A DNA stretch of 64,000 bases from Podarcis bocagei. Its lineage: Eukaryota. The DNA lies in the NCBI GenBank assembly GCA_964188305.1, contig OZ076889.1, one strand, 5' to 3'. Under the pieces are notes generated by a model. It was not told the DNA's origin, made no database searches, and saw only the letters and a list, made by a program, of their open reading frames with translations. The position numbers were made by a program, and so were the translations under genes. Positions 37,076 to 50,065 of this stretch are shown piece after piece (the stretch's first letter is position 1; the number at the start of each line of letters is the position of its first letter).

Positions 37076-38919
37076 TCACCTGTAGCCTCCTTGAGTGGAT
37101 GGGATGTTTTAATCCTGCCTTTTAAAAATAGGATTCTCTTTTAGATTTGTCTTTGGTTTTCCTTTATACCAGTTTTAATGCGTTTGTTTATATATTGAGT
37201 TACCTTGGTAAAAATTAACCAAAAAAATTAATAAATACTACTGATGATATAACTCATTATTATTATTAACTGAGGGTTTAAAATATCTTGCAGATATAAT
37301 AGTAAAAACATTGTCAATGTTTTTAATTTTTATTTTATTACTGTTTTGTTTGCTGCCTTGGGCTCTTTTGGGAAGACAGATGGGATAAAAATGTACTAAT
37401 GCAAGAAAACAATAATGACATCTGCACACCTTAAGAAAATAGAGATAAACTGGTAATAATACCAAATCCCGTCTCAAATTCTTTTATATGTGAGGACCAT
37501 CAACCTCTGCTTTTAAAACAAATTCTACTTAAATGCCTAGGCCATGCTTGTAACCATCTGCAGGTTCTTTCTTCGTTATATGGCCTACACAGAAAGATTT
37601 AATAGTTTGTGTTGGAGATTTTCCAACTAGAGTGTTCTGTATTAGAGAAACTTTGCAAAGGAACCCCTTGCGAAGTTATCCTGTTTGCTACAGTGTGAAC
37701 TTTTGGCTGTACACTCAGCTACTCCACACTAGTGGTTTTCAGTATTGGAACAGAGAACTGAATTGTACTTCTATGTCCGCTCATGGCTTAGGGTAGCTTT
37801 TGCCTGAATGTTTAAGCAAATGAGAGGGTGGTTTGCCTGTGGCCTTGATGGATGCCAAAGAGGGAGGCACCTCAATTTGTTATGCTCTGTTGGGCTGCAA
37901 GAGTTTAAAACAAGCTGGCTTGGTGTAATTCAAAGTAAGTGCCATTTCTTCTAACTGTAGGAATGAATGGGGACCTGCAATGCAGCCTTAAGCATTTCAT
38001 GACAACCTCTGATATCCCAGTGCTTTCATTGGGGCTTCCTTGCGTGTAGGATTGTAGCTTTAAGATGTCAAAAGCAATACAGGGACTGAAATCACCCTTT
38101 AAAAAACACCACCATTCCCTACGGACAATGTAAAAACAATAGAGGTCTGGTTTGATTTTATATGTCAGTAAGGAAGAACAGAGTTTGTCGCCATCCTTTC
38201 CTCCTAAGAACCAACCTGGACCTTGCGATCATCATCTGGGGCCCTGCATATGTGCTCCATCCTCAGGACATCTCTCATTCAATTTGAATGTAATTAAAGC
38301 TGCCCTAGATGATGGAAGGTAAAATGCCATGCATTCTCTTCTTAGGGTTAGAAATGAGTCCGTGTCCTGCTGCTGTTGTAAAATGCAGGAGAGAGTTAAC
38401 TTTGCTCTAAGGGGAAACGTTTTTGTCTGGCCTTAAAACTATTATTATTTGTAATTGCATCCTAGGTATGTCAGCTCGGAAGCAAGTTCTATTGAGTTCT
38501 GTGTGACTTGCCGCCTGGTAAGTTGTACAGACGGTGGGGGAGGCAGAAGAGAAAGACAACTTAAAAATAACATTTCACGCCGCTGCTCGCCCATAGACAT
38601 CCCTGTATCAATGGCAGTCGCACAGAGCACACCTTGCAGACAGTACTCGCTATATGCCTGCTCGTTCGAGGAGGGCGGGGACACACCATAACTGGGGCAA
38701 AGTACTGCAGCCTGAGTGCTGGCAAAATTATACAGTATTTATTCGCAAAGGAGGCGGAAAATCCCTATAATTTTACCTACTATGCGCCCTGACTTCCAAG
38801 TAGGTGCACCTTTGACTTAACGAAAAGGAGACTTTTATATTTTTTTTCCTCCACCACCACATAAAGAGGAGACACCCCTTTCTTCAGCTTCTCCCCCTTT
38901 CATTTCACGCTCCCAAGCC

Positions 38920-40050
38920 TGGCTTCAAGACTTCGCCGCCGTTACGTTTTTGGCGTGCTGCTCCTCCTCACAAAAGATGGGCATTGTTTCAGTCGGGCTA
39001 CGCGTTTTACGCAGGGCCGCTGTCAGCCCTTGTGCAAAAACGTTGCGCCAGATATCTGGCTTAGTGTAGTTTCGGCGCGCGGAGGCTGCGTAAGGCTGCG
39101 ATGGCGACGGAGGGAGAAAGGCGCCCCTCCCCCTTGCTCTCGACACCGTTCCGCTTAGTGTGGCGGCGCAACCCTTGCGCTGGGAGGCGACGCTCTGTAA
39201 CGGGTGTCCGGAACCGAAGGGCGGGGGCGCGCGCGCGCGAGAGAGAGAGCGCGAGCGATTCCCAACCCTCGGCTACGCCGCTTGCGCAGCGGCTCGTCGG
39301 AGGCGAGAAGCTTCAGCCAGCGCCTTTCTCCTCCTGCTGCCACTGCGCCGTTGGCGTAGCATGTCCCAAGATGGCGTCGCGGTCGTCGTCGTTGGCGGCG
39401 GTGGCCGGAGCGCTGGCGGCAGCTGGGGTGCCGACGTGGGAAGAGCTGAGAGGGGGAGCGAGGCGGCGGACGGCGGGTGGTAGCATTAGGAGCGAGTAGC
39501 GGCTGCGGAGAGGGTTTCCCCCTCCCTCTCGGCTGGTGTGTGAGGCAGAGACTCTCCGGGATAGCGGGTCCCCGCGCCTCCTTCCCCCACCCCCCACCCC
39601 GCGGTTGGGAGATCCCGACCTTCTCCCGCGCGTAGCCGACACCCGTCCCTCGCCTGCCTCCCTAGTGGGTGCTCCCACCCCTTCTCCCGAGCGGAGGATG
39701 ATGAAGCTCAAGTCCAACCAGACTCGCACCTACGACGGGGACGGATACAAGAAACGGGCGGCTTGCCTCTGCTTCCGCAACGAGAGCGAGGAAGAGGTGA
39801 GTGAGGGAAGCGGGCGGGCTGCGGCTGGAGGTGGGGGAGCACGAGCCGGGATGGGGGTGGTAGTGGTAGTGGTGGGGGGAACTGGGTGGCTATTCAGGGG
39901 GAGGGGCGCCAGAAGAGGCTCCGTAAGTGTTGCAAGTGGGGGGGGGCGGTTAGCAATGGCACACCCGACATGTAAGGGAGGCGGGGTATCAAACGGGAAG
40001 CTCCGAAGAAGCCGGGGGGAGATGGGGGAGGAGGCTAGATGGGGCTGCTG
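38920..40050 (+). promoter_or_regulatory. NUDT3: NUDT3 CpG-island promoter / 5' UTR
   Basis: Dense CpG; GC box GGGCGGGG at ~39219; (GC)n(GA)n tract; YY1-like CAAGATGGCG at 39367-39376. Confidence 0.85.
39698..39796 (+). CDS. NUDT3: Diphosphoinositol polyphosphate phosphohydrolase 1, exon 1 (99 nt coding)
   Basis: MMKLKSNQTRTYDGDGYKKRAACLCFRNESEEE; GAG|GTGAGT donor. Confidence 0.98.
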
Positions 40051-42804
40051 AAAGAGGGGCAGAGGATGAGGAGATGGGTGGAGCTTGTGTGGGGTGTCTA
40101 TTCTTAAAGGATTCGTAGGGTGCGAACAACTCCCTTTCCCCAGACGGAGCTTCCCCAGACGGCATGCCGCAGTTTGAAGGAGGACGGAGGGGCTTCCTCC
40201 TTAGTGGCTAGTAGCGAGAGTAACATGCGGTTGTTACTAGGCAAGAAGTGACATGACGCCTCTCATTAGCGCCTGTCTCCTGTCTGTGAATCGTTTGGTG
40301 CTGGGAGGTGGCAAGACACTTCCGAGAAGCAAAGCTTTCCGTTGTTTAAAAGCTCTGGCTGCACACTTTGCGCCTCCGGCCCAGGGTGGCCAGATGTCCA
40401 GTTGCACGTTCGGTATCTGCACCTTTAAATAGTTACACAAGCTACACTTGATGAAATTCTCCTTCATAAAAGGTGAAAGAGGGCTGTTCTCTTTTGTATC
40501 TGGCCATTTTCCCCGGAGCTCAGGAATGTGTGCAATGTAGACAACCTTAATCTCCTAGAGTAAGTTCCTGTGTAAACGAAGGGGGTCCTCATAGGAAGCG
40601 CTGAATTGTTACACGTCTGACCTTAAGTCTCCAGAGGCATCAGAATTAAACTCCCAAGACATAGACAGGCAGGTGGTGCAATAATTTATTTCTAGGGGCC
40701 AAAGCGAGGACAGTTGACCAGGGTTTCATACTTTTACCTCTACATCTTTTACGTGGGAAATGTGCAATCCCATGTATGTTTTGGTAACTTCCTCAGTGTT
40801 CAGTTTGGGCTAACTTCCAAGTAAAGTATGCATGCACATAGGATTGCAGCTTGAAGGGGAGTGGCACAAAGAATCTGAAGTGCTAGCCTCTAGAAATTAT
40901 GGTTAAAAGATCAAAGGTTGTGTGTGCGCGCAATTGTCGAAACAAAAACTGTTGTGGCTCTTTTCATGTAAAGAATGCTATGCAACAAGTAAATGGTTTA
41001 GATTGCAAGTTTTTGGGAATATTGACCCACTTTTTCTGCTGCTAAAGTTCCATGTGAATTGATTGGGCTGTATATCTAATCTGTACTGTTAAAAAGAATG
41101 GCTACTAATCTTGGTCTTTAAAAACCAGAAGCATGAGTAAGCAAAACATACTACGGTACAGGGTAAGTATATGATTTTTAGTAGGAAAGTAACAGGCAAA
41201 ATCAAATTATCAAGAGCACCTCCTGATTTCTAGAGTCGCTTAAATGATGTGGATGAATGAAGGAATAGTTTTCTCAAGGCGCAATTAAGAGGACAAGAGA
41301 GCTCAGTATTGTGATGGGATAGAAATGAGGAAAGCATGCAGAATGAAAGATTTAAAACAATGAACGGTGACATGAACTGGTGTGGCGTGGCATGGCATGG
41401 GATTTGGCAGTGATCTGCTACCACCATGCTCAGCTAAGCACATCATATGACATGGCAGAAAGAAATTTGATTCTGGATTTATAAAAAGAAACTGGGATAA
41501 AAGGAACTGGTTACTTGCCAGAAATTGCCATTAGAGGGGCTTGTGAGAGAAAAAACGGGATTGAGAGACTGGTTATCCAGACAAGTCCTACCCCCTCCCC
41601 ACATATTGAAGGGGGTAAACTTGCATTTAAACAGTTTATTTCAGTATAAAATTTAACACATATTTTAGGTTAAACATCAATATATTCCTGTTAAACTACA
41701 TCTTAGATGTACATTTTATTTAAATAATCTAAAATTTATATAGTGTTGAAGTGTTCAAAGTGCTTAACATGCAAGTAATAAGTCATTAATCCTTTCAATA
41801 ATTTTCTAAAGCAGGTTAAATTTGGTTATCATCATACTGCAGATAGGCAGCTGAGGTTAAACGAGAGAGCAGCTTCTCTTTACCTACATACTAACTTAAT
41901 AACTGAGGTGAGATTAGAATTAAAGATTTATGGAAGTCCTAAGTAAATAGTGCAGTGTAGCAGCTTTCTTAGCTACCACTTAGAACTCCCTAAGTAAATT
42001 CTGTTGGATTGGGGTTGTCAATGCAGGTTTTTCAGTAGGCTCCAGTAGACTTCCAGGTAGTCTCTTGCAGTTTGGACTGAGGAATTGGGTTTAAATCAGC
42101 AATTATGGGACATTGTTGGCCTCCCCAGTCACCTGATCTTCTGGACTAAAGCTTGCAGTATTTCTGCTGACCATCTGCAGGAAGGCTCTGTAGAGCAACA
42201 GCTCATGGTCAGTAATTCCCTCTGCCTGTAAGCTGACTTGGTTGCACAGGGAATGTGGTGCCTGGGCCTAGTTGCTGGAAGCTGTTGGTGGATAACAAGG
42301 CACCAGTATTATGTCAAGTTAGTTTTACTCAGTTTTCTGTTACTTAAGTTCATTGTGTTGGATCCAGATTGCTAAAATTTATTTTCATTGAAAACAATAG
42401 GATTTCATTTAGTCATAACTAATCAGGCCCTTTGATTTCATTAGGACCTACGTTAAACTAGAAGTTAGTTTGAATCCAATGTATTGTCATTCCCATTATA
42501 TTTGTAACTAGAAGAAATTGCCACCAGGAAGAAAATGAATTATTATTTCTTGCACTTATTAGCTATTTTCTACTTTAGACGTTCCAAACTGATCTGCATT
42601 AAAATCACAAAGCAAAATAACAATAAATTCAGTACAATAATATTAACATATCAAAATTTGGAATAAAAGTCAAATCAAATCACAGAATCAATAAAAACCA
42701 GTATTTCTTATCTTACTTTATCTTTAATGAATTCAGTGTGACTTACAGAAAATTATTAAAATAATAAAACTTCTAATTACAAACCAACAGAATGAAAGAT
42801 AAGC

Positions 42805-42900
42805 AATAATAATAATTTATTAATTAATTATACCCTGCCCATCTGGCTGGGTTCCCCCAGCCATTCTGGGCGGCTTCCAACAGAATATTAAAATACAATA
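42805..42900 (-). mobile_element. Short LINE/SINE 3' end
   Basis: Reverse complement of the element at 34655. Confidence 0.6.
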
Positions 42901-43243
42901 ACCTAAATTATTATTAAATTGTCTATACCGCCTTTCACCTGCGGATTACAGGGTGGTTTACAATATAAAAACACAAAAATACATACCATAGTAATACCCG
43001 CCGACAGTTTAAAAGGTCATAGATAGTTTAATCAACCAATTTAACCCCAGCATAAAGAAAAGTGGAATGGCCTTTATTGTAGCAACTTAAAATCAGCAAA
43101 TGTCCCACAGTATTTTAGGATTATCCTTAACCTTCCTTTCACCATTTTTGCCTCTCAGGAATGACCCTCTTCTGAGAAGAAAATTGAATGGCCCAATGCA
43201 ACAATTGAAGGAGGCTTGGGTCATGTTTAAGCAGATTATGAAG

Positions 43244-43384
43244 CATGGGCGTAGCCAGTGGGGCAGCTGCTCCCCCCATCAAGTAAAACAATAGAAATAC
43301 TTAACTAGCAGACCAATCACATCGGTTCTGCCACCCTAACAAAGTTCTGCCCCCCCCCCAAAAAAAATCCTGGCTATGCCCATC
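43244..43384. mobile_element. hAT-type MITE
   Basis: TIRs CATGGGCGTAGCCAG / CTGGCTATGCCCATC; 8-bp TSD TTATGAAG / TTATGAAT. Confidence 0.8.
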
Positions 43385-46300
43385 TTATGAATTCATGAAT
43401 TTATGAGATTCAGAAAAGGACATACTACCATGGTTAGCTATCAACAGCTTTGGATAAGGGTCTGTCGGGTTCTTGTCTCAACTTGAAAATAGGGGCAGCT
43501 TTGAAAGGGTTTGACATAATGAAAGGAAAACAAAGAGGAGGTAAAGGAGGAAATGTACCTTAGTAGAAACTGCATCTATGCACCACAGCAACAGGGTTGA
43601 GTTTTACATGATCAGCTTTAGGACTGCTCCAAGCTAGGTCAAATGATATTCCCTCCCCCCCCCTTGATATAAATGGGTGGGTTTGAAGAGGTTCCCCACT
43701 TCTAGTTTATGAAGCCAGGAATGTTATGCCTGAATTAGCTCGATGAAGACACAATTCTTAGGCATTTGTGCCTGAAATAGGTAACTAATATCATAACTGA
43801 GAGGTTGGCAATGCCTTTGGGGTGGGTCCAAGGTCTGTGTTATCACTTGTTGCCATTAAGTGTCATTGATACTTATATATTTTCAAATTGGATTGTTCCT
43901 GAGACAACTCAGCACATTACAAAAAAGTGATAAATTCTAATACACCCTAATGCAATCTTATTTTGAGCATTGTAGTGTTGGGAAGAGGAAGTAATCTTCT
44001 TAGCACTTAATCGTATGGTGAGATGAAGAATCCTAACCAAACTGAACTCATTTAAAATGTGTTTTTAAAGTGTGGGATCTTGAGATAACTTTGTTTCCAA
44101 ATATGCATTTTTCCATAAATAAGTTTAACATAGTTTATCAATAACACATTTTTGATGACTAACCATCACGATGTTGCTAACACTAACACAGCAATTTTAA
44201 CAATCTTAACCAGTGGTGTCGGTGGACATGGGGTATTAGACTAGTCCCCCGGGAAGCTTCTGCCCGGCTTAGTGAGGAAGGTGTGATGCTTAGATGGGCC
44301 CAAGAGCCTTAGCACCACCTTCCCAAAGCCCACCCGGCTTTGAAGGAGTAAGATCCATTGAGTATAGTGGTGTTTACATGTGAAGAATTGTTCATAGAAT
44401 TATGCTGTAAATATGCAGTTGTTGGATCAGGGTAGAAGGCATGCTGTTCAAAAAATAGTGAATTTGGAACTTTATTGAATTATGAAATGAAAAGTGCTTT
44501 TGCCAGGAAACCAATGAAAGTAAGTGTATTCCGAAAAATGCCAGGAGGATGAGAAGTTGATCAAGTTTCATGGGAACAATAATAGCATCCATCTTTTTTC
44601 CTCACAACGAATGAACTATTGTTATCTTATACTTCAAATAGTTTTCTGCATTTTAATGTGTTATCTTTATAGCAATTTTAAATCTTATGGTTGGAATCTA
44701 CAAATTAAATCACATGTTACAATCAGCTTGAGTAGATACTAGAAAGCAGCAGTATCTACTGTAGAATTGGAGTACAAAATCCAAATGGAAACAGTCTAAT
44801 TCATAATGCTTCTCATGTAAAACATCCTGGACTTGTCAGCTGAAACTTCATTGGAATTTGTTCTTTGTTGTTTCAGTTCAGTCTCACACATGGTACTGGG
44901 ATGTAAGTATTCTTTTCTTGTCAAAAAGTATCCTTCCCTAATATAGACACAAAAAGCTTTGGAAATCTCCAGTGAAATGTAAATATTACAAATTTACATT
45001 GTTGCAAACATAAGCTATGGTCCACTTTCAGTCTTTTCAAATTGGTCCTTGCAAATAAGTTCATAAAGTTTACTACGATAACGTGTGTTCTGACCACTCA
45101 CATGCATGCGCATTAAGTCACTTTTGGAACATTAACAGTCTGAAAGTGGGGGCTGCATTTTTAGCATCTCACAAAAAGTTTACTTACCCCTGAGTTGGTG
45201 AGGCTCATCTGATAACACAAACTTGAGCCTTCAATATCGTTGGCCCAGTTGGATGAAATGTTCTTCCAATAAAGATTTGGCAGGTGTCCTGATATTAACT
45301 TTTAGACATTTGCTGAAAACTTTTCTATGCTGCCAAGCATACATAGACAGTTACAGGAAGGGAATCTTTTTTTTAACAGCTGCTGATCTGTGATTCTGGT
45401 AGTTTTTGTGGTTTTTATTTATATATGTTGTATGCGACTTTATTTTTTTTGCAAAATTGCACAAGTATTTTTATAATGTTTATTCTGCCTATTCATAAGT
45501 ACATGTGTTTGAGACATTCACAATGTAAAAGGAGGAGACCAAATATTATCATGTTCAAATTTAGAGGTCTTAATTTTTTGCTCACCTGGAACAGTTCTTA
45601 ATTTTGACAGGCTTCCAGAGAAGTTGGCAATTCTCTCTTTCGTGAAATAAAAATGTGTCAGATATGGGTACCTTATTTTTAAGCATTAAGCAAAAGACTT
45701 TTACATGCTAGATAAACTATTCAGATTCTTAGTATGCAATCCTAACCATATCTCCTCAGAAACTTCACTGGGGCTTATTCCTAGGTAAATGGGATTAGGA
45801 TTGAAGCCTTAGGGCTGTATCCAATGCTACATGGACACCCTCTTCTCTCTCCATGTGGCCCCAAACATAGAATGCATAGATGATGGCCCTAGGTTTGGGG
45901 GGAAATTGCCAATCTGATTTTGAGACCCTTGAAAGTTGAAGGTTTGAGGCTTTTCCAGAAAGTGACGTGTTCCCATTATTATATGATTTTTGAGAACCGA
46001 AGAACAATTGGAGCTTTTTTGCTTTTTAGCATATTCTGCGGTTTAAATATTACTTCAGAATGAAAAACATGACACAACTCAATTGCTCTTTTAAAAAAAC
46101 AAAAGAGGAAAGCAACTCCTTTACCCGCCCGCTTTTCCATTCTGTGTATATCGTTCATACAAAGACCTGCTTGTTAAGCTGAAGGGAGAGAATCAAACTG
46201 TATTTTCCTCACTTTCCCCCCTTCCTTTGTTCCTGACAGTTCTTCAGTTGCTTTTCATAATACCAGATACCTGAACTCACAATGGGTTTTAAGAAAAGGG

Positions 46301-48052
46301 AACAAAAAGAGTGGTGGTAGAATTGTTAATCAGTGTTATAAGAGAGATCCCAAAATAAATTGATTTCATTACCCTTTTTCTCAGAGTTTAGTAAAATTGT
46401 TGGGAGGGACTTGGCAGATTGCTTTTACCACTTTCTCAAATGTGCTCTCTTTCTTTCCTATTTCAGTAAGTAGTAGTATGAACTGCAAGAAACAAGCCGC
46501 CTTATTTCTGCTATACCTATGTCATTTGCTATTGAACTTTGCCAGAAGCTCCTCCCCCTCCTTCACTCTTTCTGCCATTTGATCACTTTGCTGACAGGTC
46601 ATGGGAGTGAAGTGAGTATTAAGATCCAATTCCTGCTTGTGTTCTCACACAGTCAGTTGAGCAGTCTTAATCGGTTGTATACACAGTAGGATGCTTCTCA
46701 CACTTCCCCTGAAGATTTAGAGAAGTGCTATTTGAATTTTTGTTCTGTGGAGTGTTTCAATTTAGCAGATTCCTCCAGGGAATGATATATGCAAAATTAA
46801 AGTTTTTAAATAACTCTGGGTGGGATCCAACATCATGGCAGTGGAAGCAACCTGGGACTTCCTCATCCTCTTCTACCTTCTGCATCCGTAATCTGCTCTG
46901 GAGAAGGGAAGCCCTGTTTGTGCAGGCGAAAGTGTGTTGCGCCAGTGGGACACCACTGTGGAATATCATCATTAACAGTATGCTGAGCACATACTTATTA
47001 ATATGTATTGCATTTATTTGTTGCTTTATACAGAAAGATGGCTCAAAGCAACTTAAAAACCAAAAAAATTACAAAAATAGCTAAAAATTGATTTCCAACT
47101 ATATAACAAGCAACATAACTTACTTAACTGTCTGCAGTTCAAATCAGTGAGAAGTTAATGCTTAACTTAACTGGATCACGCCCTTGCTGTTTTCTGAATA
47201 ATTACTTAATTAGAGCATTGCTTTCAGAATTTAACTGCTGAGTGGTTTTCACTGAGAAATAGCATATATGTTTAAACTTATATGGAAATTTGAAAATCAG
47301 TTTTGCAACAAGCTTTTCTCACCCCATTGATTTTACCAATTTCAGAACTCTGTTGCATGACCCTTATAGATGAAGAGACATCAGAGGGTTCCCCTTTTAT
47401 AACCACACTATAGGTTAGGACACAGGATTGTGACAAACCACCTGGCTATAAAGCATTAAGCTTTGATATGTTGGTTAAGAGTTCCTCTGTAGCAGGCTTT
47501 TACTGTAGCCCAAAAAATGAGAAAGGCTTCTTACTCCAGCAGGTTTTCTTATGGGCTGAAATCTTCTTTAGCAGTATATGCTCATGGGGGTGAGTAGGAA
47601 TATACTAGTGAAAATATTGATGACAGGCCCCTAACAGTTATTGATTCACCATCTTCTGTAAATGGATCTAATTCTTTTTTTAAATTCTCTAACGATCAAG
47701 CTTTGGTTAGGAATACTGCATGGTAGCATTTCCTGGATTATGTCAGTTCAGATTGCATGTTTGAATGCTTCTGTAAGTAAAACAAATGCTTGCTGCAAAG
47801 AGAACAAATAAGTCAATGAGAAGGCTAGGCTGGAGTCCTTCTCCCCATGACAGCCTTTTATGTGAAGCAAGTTTTAACATAGGAGAGAATTCAAACAAAT
47901 GAGCTGCTATGCAACTTGGGACCTTTATATAATTCAATCTTTATACCTGCATGGTTGGCTTCCTCCTCATGCACCCCTGACCTCACATTAGTCAACATTT
48001 TTTAGAAGGGGGAATGCTATTAACTCTGGTTTTATTTTAGGGTGGGATAGTG

Positions 48053-48105
48053 GTAGTGTAGTGTAGTGTAGTGTAGTGTAGTGTAGTGTAGTGTAGTGTA
48101 GTGTA
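48053..48105. repeat. (GTAGT)n pentanucleotide microsatellite
   Basis: Directly visible, about 10 units. Confidence 0.95.
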
Positions 48106-49360
48106 CTAGTCCAAAATAGAATTTTTCTTTTACCAGTTGGATCTTAAGTGTAGTTGGAAAACGTTGAAAAATGTTGTGGACAGCATTTTGAAAATCAACT
48201 GAGTAGGCCATGTAACATTTAACCATTATTTAGTAATTTGTGCATGAGCCTCTTTGAGCTCAAGTTCCCTTTCTTCTTCCTGCATGGGCAGGAAGACTTT
48301 TGCTGAGTTAATTTTCATTTTCAAAGAGTCTTGATTTAGTGTTGCATACCAACTAGGGATCCTCCTTTACAACAAGTAATGGCTAGTTGCAACCAGAGAA
48401 CCAGACCATAGTTTTAACTGGATCATATGTGTCAGCATGCCCATTGATACACCAGAAACTGATACTCAAGAAGATTGATGAGGCAATTTATTTTGCTTTA
48501 GAAGTCATGCTGAGCATTCCATAGTAAGTCTTGTATGAGAATTTGATGGCCTTACAGGCCTAAATGCTTTCTATGAATTTATCTAGAACGAGATTTAGGT
48601 TGACAAATTTGTGATCTTTGTTTAAATAACACCATTTTCATATTTAACAACTCCCAAGTGAATACCATGAGGCTTAGTGAGTTGTTACTTCTGATTCTTT
48701 TTCATTAGTTTCAAAACTGCATCCTGTGCACTACACTGAAAAAGAAGTTTGCTGTATGTATCATATGACCATTTCTGCAGGGATAATGATGCAACGAATT
48801 CATTCAGTTTTTCTTCTATGCATTCTTCAGCATTCCTATTTTTTGGTCATTTAGTTGTTTAACTGCTTCTGACATTTCTGCTTCTGCTTTCCTTATACTG
48901 TGTTCTCACAAAAATGTGTACCAGACAGTTGTATATAGACTAGCTATTCTCTCATGCTACCCTTTTCTCTGCAGGATCCCATAGCAAAGTAATTAATTAT
49001 ACATAGGTGAACATCCTGTGCACAATTTGTTTCATATAAATCAGTGTAGAATTGTATTGTATTTTGCCTTAGATAATGTTATTCAGTTACATAGTCTTAC
49101 AAGTGATTTTTTAAGTGTTGGGAATCTTGGAGGTCTTGGAGACACTTTGACTTAGTAAGGCTTGTACTCATTTCATAAAGTTATCCGTGATAATCCAATT
49201 ATTTATTGACTTTGTGCTAGTGCGCATTCTGAAGAGGTGGTGACAGGCACTCTAGCTGAATGATAAGTCTGAAAATTTTTATCAAGCTTACCTAAAACCA
49301 AAACATAAATCATGAAGCAAGAGCTGACAACTGGGCAAGATAAATAACTCAAGAAAGAGA

Positions 49361-49660
49361 GGTAAAAGGTAAAGGTAAAGGGACCCCTGACCATTAGCTC
49401 TGGTCGCAGACGACTCTGGGGTTGCAGCGCTCATCTCGCTTTACTGGCTGAGGGAGCCAGCGTTTGTCCACAGACAGCTTCCGGGTCATGTGGCCAGCAT
49501 GACAAAAGCCACCTCTGGCGAACCAGAGCAGTGCACGGAAACGCCGTTTACCTTCCCGCTATAGTAGACCTATTTATCTACTTGCACTTTGACGTGCTTT
49601 CGAACTGCTAGGTTGGGAGGAGCTGGGACCGAGCAACGGGAGCTCACCCCGTTGCGGGGA
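49361..49660 (-). mobile_element. Sauria SINE, 5'-truncated
   Basis: (AAAGGT)n tail followed by the reverse complement of the SINE body. Confidence 0.9.
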
Positions 49661-49715
49661 CAAATGCAAGTGTCTATATTGTGGATTATGGACATGGCTA
49701 TCAAATTGTTGTGGT

Positions 49716-50065
49716 GGGACGCGGGTGGCGCTGTGGGTTAAACCACAGAGCCTAGGACTTGTTGATCAGAAGTTTGGCAGTTCGAATCCCCGCAACGGGG
49801 TGAGCTCCCGTTGCTCGGTCCCTGCTCCTGCCAACCTAGCAGTTCAAAAGCATGTCAAAGTGCAAGTAGATAAATAGGTACCGCTCCAGCGGGAAGGTAA
49901 ATGGCGTTTCCATTTGCTGCTCTGGTTTGCCAGAAGCGGCTTAGTCATGCTGGCCACATGACCCGGAAGCTGTACGCCAGCTCCCTCGGCCAATAAAGCA
50001 AGATGAGCGCCGCAACCCCAGAGTCGGTCACGACTGGACCTAATGGTCAGGGGTCCCTTTACCTT
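49716..50065 (+). mobile_element. Sauria (POM-type) SINE, full length, young
   Basis: GGGACGCGGGTGGCGCTGTGGG head, GTTCGAATCC B box, ACCTTT tail; 14-bp TSD TATCAAATTGTTGT at 49699-49712 and 50066-50079. Confidence 0.95.

Noticed and set aside
39536-40051. 171-aa ORF as a single-exon protein
   Set aside because: It is NUDT3 exon 1 read through the GT donor into G-rich intron sequence
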